DNA from: Pavona decussata
Lineage: Eukaryota
NCBI GenBank assembly: GCA_977016875.1
Contig: CDRNST010000123.1
Location: 2,852,001 to 2,916,000 of the forward strand
Direction: 5' to 3'
DNA length: 64,000 bases
The notes under the pieces are model-generated. The model saw nothing but the letters and a program-made list of their open reading frames with translations. It searched no databases and had not been told where the DNA came from. Of this stretch, positions 48,045-58,500 are shown one piece after another (position 1 is the first letter of the stretch; each line of letters begins with the position of its first letter). Made by a program: the position numbers and the translations under genes.

Positions 48045-50387
48045 ATGGGTTGCGTCTTAGCCAAATGTAAATGTGCATCTGTTAATGACCATTCAGAAGA
48101 TGATCGCTCTGTAGATCAACGGCAAAGAAAAACATCGAAAGGCCAAGAGTCTCGATCAGCACAAAATGTAGGAAATGAGAAACTAGAAAACTATTTGTAT
48201 TGCACTTTTGTTGCTGAACGGCTGAATACCTTCAGGTATCAGGAGGTTTTTGTTGATTTTACAATTAAGGTTAATGGAACTGATTTTCCAGCGCACAAGA
48301 ATGTGCTGGCGGCCAGTTGTAAATTCTTCAAAGACTTTTTCAGCACATCTGAAGACATTTCGTATGAAATACGAAATATGGAACCCAGCGCCGTTGAGGA
48401 TGTCTTGAACTTTCTTTATACTGGAAAATGTAGACTGGATCAGCAGAATGCTGCCTCAATACTCCCTGTTGCTGAAGTCTTCGGTATACAGGATTTAAAA
48501 GATGCTTCGGAGAAGCACCTCACCTTTGCAGAAGGCTCGTTTCGTTATGACCCTACCAGTAACCAAGATGAATTTGTGGTGTTCCGTGAAAACTCCTCCC
48601 TTGTGAAATCCATCCGTGAATTTCAAGTTGAAGGGCTGTTTTGTGACGTCACACTGACTACTGGTTGTGGAAAGGCTGTCCCAGTTCACAAAAATATTTT
48701 AGCAGCTGTCAGCTGTTATTTTCAAGGACTGTTCAGATCGGACATGAAAGAAGTCTATGAAAACAATGTTGACCTTGGAATCATTGATGAGTCAGTATTT
48801 GACGAGTTACTGCAGTTCATCTATAGTGGGCAAATTTGCGCCTCTTTTGATAACATAAAGAGCTTGCTGCAAGCTAGTGACTATTTGCTGATAGAGAACT
48901 TGAAAGCAGAAATTGAGACATTTCTCAAGGCTTCGTCAACGGTGAAGAACTTCTGGAAATTATTTGCCTTGGTAAAATCCTTTGATGGCCTTACGGAGGC
49001 AAACAACGACATCTTGCAAATGGCCTGTTACGATTACTGGGAAGTTACTGAATCGCCTGAATTTTTAGAGATCACTGAGGAAGATATGAAATTTTTTCTT
49101 TCAAATGATGATATTGTGTGCAGCGAAACCCAAATGCTGGAATCTCTTATCCGTTGGTACAATCATTCAAGGCAGCAAAGACAAGAATCGTTCAAGAATC
49201 TTCTTCATTTTATTCACATGTGCAGTATTCCAGATCTGTACCTCAAATTCCTTGCTGTGAAAGAAGGTATCAATGAGTTACTTTCTTACAACGGCCATCG
49301 ACTCAGAGAAAAAGTGCCTTTGGATGACATAAAGAGAACCGCACTCTTCTATAACTTGGCATTATTTGGGTTTACACGGGATCCAGATTGTCCTGGAAAT
49401 CAGCTTGGGTACTGGCTTCCCTTTGCTGGACCTTGGTCATTTATTACTTCCTTTCGTTCCCTTATACATTGGCGTGGAGGTCATCCTTGTGTCTTTTACG
49501 ACAATACATTGTATCTACAAGTCTATGACCACGTTCAACTTGCTCTCTTTAGCAACCCGTTAAGCGCCAGACATTTTGAGATCTCGTCCTTGAAACCAGT
49601 CGAGTTTACAGAACGTTTATCCTCTGAAATAAATGATTGCACAGCCGTTCCATTGGCCAGCTGTATCTATTTGATAGGGGGAACTGACGTTGGATACGTA
49701 GCCCACAAAACTGTTCATCGATATAACACAGTGACGCAATCCTGGGATTGTGCGTCAAGCATGCAAGAACGACGCTGCTATCACTGTGCGGTCAGTTATA
49801 GAGAGAGGTTTATTTATGTCTTTGGAGGTGTGGAAGTTGTGGTTGGTAACCGTTGCTCTAAATCAACAGTTGAGAAGTATGACCCAGAGCAAAACTCTTG
49901 GTCATATGTGGCGTCTATGCATCAAACTCGTTGTCATGGCATGGCATGTGTGTTCAGTGGCAAGATCTTTGTGATTGGGGGAGAAAGCGAAGAGTGTGCA
50001 CCTAAATGCGAAATTTATGACCCGCTATTAGATGAATGGCAGATGGGTTGTTTTCAGATGAAGGAAATTTTTACCCTCACTCTTAAACCCGATACTGGTA
50101 CTTTCCGAAGCCAAATGTTTGATGTTGACATCAGTGAAGGTGAACCACTTGAGCCTAAAGTTTGTTTACCGCATAAGTGCTACAGTCACGATTACATCCA
50201 CCGACCTTCTATCACCTGTAGTAATGGAGTTATTATTGTTTTTGATTTTGCTTCAGATATAAAGTATGGCAATTCAAAACTGAGGTTACCATTTTACTTT
50301 GTGGACCCAGAAACTGGAAACTTAAGGATCTTGTATTCACTGCCATCGTGGCAATTGAAGTATCACATGGGGTCATTATGCCGCTGA
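48045..50387 (+). CDS. Double-BTB/BACK/Kelch protein copy 3 (780 aa as assembled; the conserved C-terminus is in another frame to 50440)
   Basis: MGCVLAKCKCAS N-terminus; two BTBs (FPAHKNVLAASC, VPVHKNILAAVSC), BACK, YWLPFAGPWS, Kelch IYLIGG/IYVFGG/IFVIGG. A 1-nt deletion at ~50351 diverts the frame from VIMPLSRRDMIKALKDFPGNKS*. Confidence 0.9.
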   Translation: MGCVLAKCKCASVNDHSEDDRSVDQRQRKTSKGQESRSAQNVGNEKLENYLYCTFVAERLNTFRYQEVFVDFTIKVNGTDFPAHKNVLAASCKFFKDFFSTSEDISYEIRNMEPSAVEDVLNFLYTGKCRLDQQNAASILPVAEVFGIQDLKDASEKHLTFAEGSFRYDPTSNQDEFVVFRENSSLVKSIREFQVEGLFCDVTLTTGCGKAVPVHKNILAAVSCYFQGLFRSDMKEVYENNVDLGIIDESVFDELLQFIYSGQICASFDNIKSLLQASDYLLIENLKAEIETFLKASSTVKNFWKLFALVKSFDGLTEANNDILQMACYDYWEVTESPEFLEITEEDMKFFLSNDDIVCSETQMLESLIRWYNHSRQQRQESFKNLLHFIHMCSIPDLYLKFLAVKEGINELLSYNGHRLREKVPLDDIKRTALFYNLALFGFTRDPDCPGNQLGYWLPFAGPWSFITSFRSLIHWRGGHPCVFYDNTLYLQVYDHVQLALFSNPLSARHFEISSLKPVEFTERLSSEINDCTAVPLASCIYLIGGTDVGYVAHKTVHRYNTVTQSWDCASSMQERRCYHCAVSYRERFIYVFGGVEVVVGNRCSKSTVEKYDPEQNSWSYVASMHQTRCHGMACVFSGKIFVIGGESEECAPKCEIYDPLLDEWQMGCFQMKEIFTLTLKPDTGTFRSQMFDVDISEGEPLEPKVCLPHKCYSHDYIHRPSITCSNGVIIVFDFASDIKYGNSKLRLPFYFVDPETGNLRILYSLPSWQLKYHMGSLCR

Positions 50388-50961
50388 GCCGAAGGGACAT
50401 GATTAAGGCACTCAAGGACTTCCCTGGAAACAAATCGTGATCTTATCCTGTCTCAAAGGACATCAGTCTACTCTATCTACTCTATCTAAATGACACGTAC
50501 AACTCTCGCTGAAACCGGAACTACTGGCGTTGCAAGACGAGTTATAGTGAAAATATGACACCATGCAGCGCTTCAAAAGTTTGTTGGACCGTTACGAACA
50601 TTTCTTTACACTTCAACCTTTCGCAACGATTGTAGGATCATCATGACATCAGTCCTGCAACTTTTCTCGCAACGTCTCTCTCTGCGCGATACAAGTTTTA
50701 CGAAACATTGTCTAGTGAACAGAGCCTGGTGTTCCCCAAAGCTCTGATTACGAGATGAATGAGGCGCGAGCTGGCGGACAACATGCATTTAGGCTATTGA
50801 TGAAATAAATAATTTTAAGGCCGCCATTAATGAGAGAGTTGTTAGCGGAATTTTAATAGTTAGATTATATTGGTAATTTTTATTGAATCAGTTTTGTATT
50901 TAAATGAAGAAAGCATTATTTCCAAGAGTCCTTAAGCGCTATGGCCCAGAGTCGTAATACA

Positions 50962-51388
50962 GCGGTTGGTGGTCGCCAGGAGAGACCTGGGGAATTCTAA
51001 AAATTAATTTAATAAGTGGCTGCCATGTAACTGTTTGCATTGTTTTACCGCAAAAATCCTTCGGTAATAAAATTCTAGTTTTCTATTTCCCCACAATCCC
51101 GTATCCAGAGTCCTCAGGCTCTTTGACCAGTGGTTGGTCGCCAGGAGAGACTCGATCTGGGGTACTAAAATTTTATTTCCGCAGGATTTCTGCGGTAAAA
51201 GAATGTAAGACGTCACGGGGCAGCCAATCAAAAAAATGATTTTTTTCCGAATTCTCCAGCGTGTCTCCTGGCGACCAACCACTGGCCAAAGAGCCTGAGG
51301 ACTCTGGGTACGAGATTGACTTCTCCAGGGTCTTTCCAGGCGACCAACAATTGTCCAAAGGGCCTGAGGACTCTGGGTACGAGACTGA
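50962..51388. mobile_element. MITE (51094-51318) inserted in inverted orientation into an older copy of its own family
   Basis: Inner TIR CAATCCCGTATCCAGAGTCCTCAGGCTCTTTG / CAAAGAGCCTGAGGACTCTGGGTACGAGATTG. The outer copy's internal region matches the reverse complement of the inner copy, and a second right TIR ends at 51388. Confidence 0.75.
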
Positions 51389-52089
51389 CTGCGCATCTAT
51401 CCGCATGCTTTGTCCATCAACCGCTGAGTCACTGGACTGAAGGCTGCAGGCTCGAGAACCATCTCATTGTCAGTTCCCTTTTCGCTAAGTGGATTTACGA
51501 AGCTGATCAGATTTCTCATCTTTAAAAAGGTGACATCTCCAGTAAAAATACCATGATCTAGAAAAAATATTGTCATTTTTTTTCTTCCTTCATAGGTTCA
51601 TTTGCTGTAAGGATTTAGAAGGGAATTTTGGTTGCGGAGGCTCGAAAATTCTATTGAAACCTTTCAGGAAAACTACTTTTTTTATTACTCAAGTTTAATT
51701 ACTTGGAATCTGCATGTGAGTTTAAATTTGTTCAATTTTGGTTTGGGATACTCTTGATCACAATAAGGCAAATGACTGGTACCTGACAAAATCTACAAAC
51801 CTCTTAACGAAAACCAACGGACCAAACAGTGTAGCACCTTGATAATTGAGCAGGTTTGTTGTTCAATTTTCTCGCTCTTTCCAGGCGAACAAAACAAAAG
51901 CTTTTTAACCCTAATAGAAAAAAAATGTTAACTCTGTGTTTCAGCGGTTGACTGTTCGTGTTTTGGTCATATTCGCGATCGAATTACAGCCCGAATTAGC
52001 CATGTCCAAATTGGTCGCTGGCGTTACGGTTTACCCACGTGAAATGCATTGATTATGATCTAAAATTAATGCGTTGAGCTTAGCCTTGG

Positions 52090-52220
52090 GAGTGGCCGGC
52101 CATCTTCGTTGCTTCTTTTGTTCTTCCCCTGAAGCCCTAATACGAATTAAAGGAATAAATTGTTGCGGAAAGGTCGATATATAGGAAACACAGAAGTCAT
52201 TTCAAGGGGAGTCTACTTAA
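52090..52220 (+). promoter_or_regulatory. Candidate non-coding first exon of synaptotagmin B
   Basis: YY1-like GGCCATCTT at ~52098, donor TTAAG|GTAAGG at ~52221, acceptor GCTGTATTAG at 53440 just upstream of ATG 53454. Confidence 0.45.
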
Positions 52221-53453
52221 GGTAAGGTGTATAAAGTCTTGCTCAATTTGTTTAGCCTACATTGGAGTTACGTTTCAGTGAGTGCATTTTGTTAATCGAG
52301 TTTAAAATTAAATTGTTGTTTAAAACGAAAGCAAAACTGGGAGTTTCTTTCCCAGTGCTTGTCTTCTCTTTCAGAAATTTTGTAAAAACGATTCAACCCT
52401 CTCCTCGGTGATCAACAGACATATTTGGTTGACCACAAAACTCTTAAATTAAATTTCAGTATTACACTAAAGTCATATTAAGAGCAACTTGATCAATCAT
52501 TTCGACGAAATTTAACTAGCTACATTTCCTCCTATGCTATGTTAAGAATCAGTCCGGTACATCTGGTTTTCCCAGCCCATTAGCATGCAGGATATAATTC
52601 AGTATCCGTGTAGACTCGAATTCGCGACAATTCAATTTACTGGCCTCCGCAGTAATGTCAAACGCGAGATCAGTTAGTTTTGTTTGTGCCTTTGCAGCAG
52701 TCATGAAAATAATCAGTTTATTTTGATTATAGTCCTGCTGTTTTTAATCCTGCAGGAAAATTTCCAATTGTTCACTAACATGAAATTGCAGCTATATGTC
52801 GGGAGCAAAACGAATCACACTTTGAATTTGAATCCGGCAGTTTTACTAAGGCTCTGAACTGAGCTCCGTTTTCATATGCCGATGAGGTACATGCGATATA
52901 ATCGCCAACAATATTCACTTTAACTTGATCATTCCCATTGAAGCTTCAATAATGCAAGTAAATCTGCGTCATATCCCCGATGATTGCTTCACCCTTTCGT
53001 ACGAGTGTTCCATGCTATCCGTCATTTTGGAATTTAATGATTCTGGCAAAGATTTCCCCGTGGTTGCTGTCGTGCCGAATAAGTTCTCGTTAAATCTTGT
53101 TATCGTCGGTGTGCCGGAAGAATCGCCGACATACCTGCGAGGTTGAACTCGAGCCAACTTCGCAGGCACGTCGGCGACAAAGACCTGGTACAACTGAAGA
53201 TGTATCGGCAGCGCATGTTTTCATATGCCGGAACCAGGGCTAAGTCTCCGACATAGCATGTGATACTACTACCTGGGTCCCATGAGAACCAGGCTTGATA
53301 AACATATAACACTAATGAACAGCCGGATCCAGAATTTCAGATTCCTGTGGGCAATGATCCTCTAACCTATAAAAAAAGCTGGGAATTTCCAGTTCCATCT
53401 CTTCCTAATATTCATTTGTCTTTTCTTTTCGCTGTATTAGCCTGCAAAGTTCA

Positions 53454-55580
53454 ATGCTGTATTTATCAGAGGAGGCTAAGCTTGGTATTGTGAGTGGAGC
53501 CATTTCCATCCTGATTCTCATGGTCATCTGTATGATATGTAAACTAACCAGACTGCATAAACAACCCGTGTACAAAGACTCTTCCTATTTAAAAGCTGCT
53601 GACAAAAACGTCTCATCGAAAAAGGTTCCTTTTACTAAGTTTCCCAGCTTCGCTGCCGAATGCAGCGAGTGTGAGCAAGAAATACGAAGCAAGATGAACG
53701 AAGACATAGAGCAACAGGCTTCTCAAAGTCCGCCCAGGAAAAGAGGAACAATTAAGTTCTCAATGATTTATCAAAATAATTTACAAACTCTGCTGTTGAG
53801 TATCATCGAAGCGAACCAGTTGGTGGGAAAAGACTTCTGGGATACTGTGGATTCCTACGTGAAAACGAGGCTCCAGCCTGACGAGGAAGGAGTTTTAAAA
53901 AGACAAACCGAAGTCGTGAGAAAATCTAAAAACCCGAAATTTGGTGAAAGCTATGAATTTCACCTGCCGTTACAAGAAGTTCAAAACTCGACACTTCATT
54001 TGTCTGTTTGGGAAGTTGACAAGTATTCCCGACATCACATGATCGGAGAGCTTCAAGTGGAACTAGCTCACGTGATCAAGGCTGACGAGTCGGTTGCTTT
54101 TGACAAGGAGCTGAGGTCCTTTCAAAAGGTAACTATTAAACAGCAGCTCTTTCCATTTTCGGTTGCTTACGAAGTTCGTGTTTCATCCATTTTAAGCTGA
54201 AAAGTTCGCACTGGGCCCGGTCATTCTTCCTCTGTGCTCTTTTCTTTTCTTCTCTTTTCTTTTTCTTTTTACAAACAATCTATTTGCCGGGTAGGCCGAG
54301 GTCAAAACAAGCCACTGGCCACGAAAATGAGAAGCTTGCATGAAGAATCAGAGTAAGCCTGACAGTGCTGGGTCAAGATTCATTGGTTAGATCCAAAGCA
54401 ACATTTCCCAACTGATAGCAATGTTTTTCGAGTCACAGTAAATTTGGATTCCACTGACCTTGCTTTGGGGTCTCTTTTCTGTATAGTTTGTTGCACGGTA
54501 TTTTTCATTTACTGATTCATCCAGGTAAAAGTTGAAGACCACAAATTTCTAACACTGGGCTGGTCCTTTTTAAAATGAGATGGACTATATGTCATATTAT
54601 CCACCAAATGTTACCCCTCAAACTGACCGGTATTAGCAAAACTCCAGATCATTGGCGTTTGGCTATTCCTTTCGTCCAAATAGAGTGTAAAAGACGGGAA
54701 AACTTGTCCATTTTCCAGAGACCAATATATTTGCTCTTTCTTTCCAGACCAAGGCCAACCTAGGAGAGATTTTATTTTCTCTCAGCTATATGCCAACAGC
54801 TGAGAGGATGTCCGTTGTGCTTATGAAGGCAAGAAACCTCAATCCGCCATTCAGTGACTGGAACACTGAATCAAGGTCTATCAGTAAGTATTTGTGATTA
54901 AGAGAGGTTAAGAGATCCTGCGATGTTTGGGAATTTGATCCGGGGGTTATGAAAATTAAAAATAATAATAAATCAGTTTATTTAAGTGTCAATGTATTTA
55001 GCGCACAGCGTAGTACCTGGAGAAAAAACCTCTCGGAGCAAGGACGAGAACCAACAACAAACTCAACCTATTTATGATACCGAGTCCAGAAATCGAACCC
55101 GGGCCACATTGGTGGGAGGCGAGTGCTCTCACCACTGCGCCATCCCCTGTGGAGTGAGTGGTGTGGGACTGAATAATAGACTCGGTTCCCTCATGCTAAA
55201 GGCATTAATAGAGTTAATCGCCACTGATCGCTTGGGTTAGTAATCCATTTATTGTCTTTCACGCGTATGTAGATCCATTCATAAAGGTTGTGCTCCTATT
55301 CGATGGCAAGAAAGTGAAGAAGAAGAAAACCTCCAGCAGGAAACAGGAAAATAATCCAGTATACAACGAGTGTATGATGTTTGATGTCCCCCCGGACCTG
55401 CTCCACAGAGTTTTGTTTGTCATATCAGTGGCTGACTCAAAAAACGACTCCGCGAGAAGCGACGTGATTGGTCGAGTGGTTATAGGCTCGGCCACTACTG
55501 GGGAATCACTGAGACACTGGCATCAGATGCTTATATCACCAAGGAGACCAGTAGCGGCATGGCACCGCCTCAAACTGTGA
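53454..55580 (+). CDS. Synaptotagmin B: atypical TM-C2A-C2B synaptotagmin, 372 aa
   Basis: Exons 53454-54128, 54748-54883, 55273-55580 total 1119 nt (GT-AG; phases 0 and 1). TM GIVSGAISILILMVICMICK; C2A GTIKFSMIY...DSYVK...NPKFGESYEF; C2B GEILFSLSYMPTAERMSVVLMKARNL...KKKKT...NPVYNE...RRPVAAWHRL. Confidence 0.94.
54961..55148 (-). mobile_element. tRNA-derived SINE (family A), internally deleted, in synaptotagmin B intron
   Basis: Minus strand reads GGGATGGCGCAGTGGTGAGAGCACTCGCCTCCCACCAATGTGGCCCGGGTTCGATTTC. Confidence 0.85.
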
Positions 55581-58500
55581 AACAGGAGAAGATAAAATAT
55601 GAAGAGAATCGAGCCCCGTAGCCGAAATGTTCCAAATCTATTTTTAAATTGGATTCATTGCGTTTTATAGTTGGTCGTGTGCAGAGTTGACTGAAGTCAT
55701 AATGCACTCTTAAATTACAGAAACTGAAGAGAAGAAGACGCCTAAAACTCGTAGGACTCTAAGACATTTAGGGCTTGTTCACACAAGCCCTCAGAGTTAG
55801 GGCCTGTTCACACAAGATCTTAAGAGTTAGTCTGATCTGGGATTAATCTAAATGAGGCAACCTGAGTCTGAAAGAGGTCTTTAGTTAGTTCTTTCTCCCA
55901 GTCACAGTATACTTTAAGGGGTTTGAAACGGCGGTGAGATATGAAGAGATAAACTGACATGTTAATGAATAGAAGAAAAATAAACAACTCTTCTTTTTTT
56001 GTATGTGATGAAAGCTATGTGTGAAGTATACCGGCCATGAGAAATTTAGTGTTGATTGGTAAAACAAACTGATGAGAAAATGGCCTCCGTTTCGGAGTGG
56101 TCGCTCTCAGCGTGAGAACTCAGATTGAGTTATTTGAAAGAAAAAAATCGTTATCGTGGAAAGATGGTGGTCTTGAGCTGATTGTTCACAATAGGTCATC
56201 GCGCAGGAAGGTTTAATAAATGAGGTTTTTGTTTTTTGTTTTTGAGGCACCGCTTTTATTTCCCCGTCAGGTGTTAAGGGAACCGTCACTGAGGAACTCA
56301 TAGGCTGTGAGTGGGCCCTGGTTATTATATGAAAACTTGATCAGTGATAACATTGATCGTCACCCCAAAGCATTCTATACAAACGCATGAAGGCATCAAC
56401 AGCATACGGTCATAGATCAGATTTTTCAAAATTTCTTTTCTTTTTTTTTCGCTCTTTGGTTAGATAAAGTATTAATGTTGAAATTGTTGAAAGAATTTTT
56501 TCAAAAACATTAAAAAAATGTGAGATACGTCAGTAAAACTGTTTTGCCAAACCAAGTTAATAAATACATAAATTCGGTCTTCAACGGTCGTGTGTCGCGG
56601 TGAATGTGTACTCCCTCTTTGCCCTCTTGAGACCTGGGAACAATTTATTGAAAGTAAACTGCCACTTGGCGTCGGCTGCAGGGCCCGGATTGCGTTGACA
56701 TTTTACTAATATGAAACTAGGACAATTGTGTTAAGATTCCGCGTTGGATTTGTGGCCGCTCGATCATTTTAAGCTGGGATTTCTCGCTTCTCGGAAAGGG
56801 CCCTCCGAACTGGACTGTGACGCCTTGTCTTTTTCTTAGGAGTGGAAAACCAAGGAAGCGATAGCCGATAACTCACTCAAAGGGCCTCAAATCAGCGAAA
56901 GAAACAACAGACAACAAGCAATACACTGTAGAAGCAAGGTATGCCATTTTTGTTAAGAACTTTCCAATATTTCTACATCCTTAACCCGATCGCAAATATT
57001 CCCATGCAAACTCTCATATTTTCGCCGTGACCGCTATTCCGCAGGATGATCATCGCTCACAGCTTGTTTTTGGGCCTCCTGTGCTCGAAGCTGATATCCC
57101 AGTATTGCTCAGGACTAACCGCAATCAAATATTAAAACAAAATATAGCTACAGCCTAGTATAAAGGAAGTTAATATCAAGACAGCGGTTTATTTCTGTAT
57201 ATTATTAGTGATGAGGTTATTTATCAGGCGTCAGAAATCTTGAAGATCGGAGAGCAGCACAATATCATGACGTATTTTATAACTGATTTTTGTCAACGCA
57301 TTCTGATTGGCTAGAATGGAGTAGGCAGCTGGGAAAGGATTTCAGAACGTTTGATATATCAAAAAGATAAGGTTTTTCAGTTAAATGAGAAAACTTTCGT
57401 GAAACTGAGATCCCGTTGCTTATCTGAATTGGACTGCTCATAGAGGAGCAGCCATTTTCAAATTCTCTCTGAAAACAAAAATTTTCTAAGTTTCACTGAT
57501 GGTTCAATACTAGTGAACTCCTTGAAATAAATATTACACGAAAAACGAACAACGTCCGCCCAGCAAAGTATTACACAACAGCTTTTTTTTTGTAAGGATC
57601 TCACTTAACGGCCTATCCTGAGTTATGATACACTTGCCGGGGTTTTACACAGCCGCGCGAAACTGATTCAAACAAGCGACCACTTACATGTACAGTCGGC
57701 GATTCAGGGTAGGACCCTGTTTAGACCGTTTTATCTATACACGGACGTCTCGCCGGTTCATCGCTTCACTTTATTTACAAATGTGGTGAAAGCTTTGAAC
57801 AACATTTTTTTTCAAAGCGGCAAGGAATTTTAATACAACAAACCACAAAAGAAAAGCTCACGATCAATTTGAAAAAAAACTAATTACCACTGAAGGGGTT
57901 ACGTAATTCTCCGGAGAGGTCCATGGAAAACACCAATTTTGTTTTGTTCCGTATATTTTACTCAGCTTAATTCTGAGACTAATTAGTCCAAAATCTTTCA
58001 CTCGGTATAGTTATAATTTCTTTACGGTTTTAAAGAGAGAGTAAAATTCCCTAAGAATCCTAAAGGCGCCATATTTCTGCGGCTTTTTTGACTTGGTCGT
58101 GTCTCGAAATAAATCCTACCGACTTCAATTCGGTAAAAAAAAATGCGGCTTAAATACAGTAGATACTCGGCGCTGCTGACACGGCGATAAAGGTGTTCCA
58201 CCGAGTGATAATTTCACACGACAGCAAAATATTTACACTGCAAAAGCGGTCAAAGACGAGTAACTAATATTAATTGAAAACTGTTATGTATTTCTGATAA
58301 CAATCATAAAAATAGTGTACTTGGATAAATTTTTAGCCCGCACTGTTCGAAGAACAAATTATTCCTAAAATTTTAATCACGTTTATTTTCTGTCAGCTTA
58401 AAAGCTATAATTGAAAAAAAACCGTGACAGTATTTTAAGTTGGGTAGATGGAAATGAACACCTTTAATGTTGTTGTCAAGTGCATTGATGTTAGTCATAC

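Noticed and set aside
51004-51406. 130-aa ORF with an internal repeat (RSQSRTQSPQALW)
   Set aside because: Translation of duplicated MITE TIRs.
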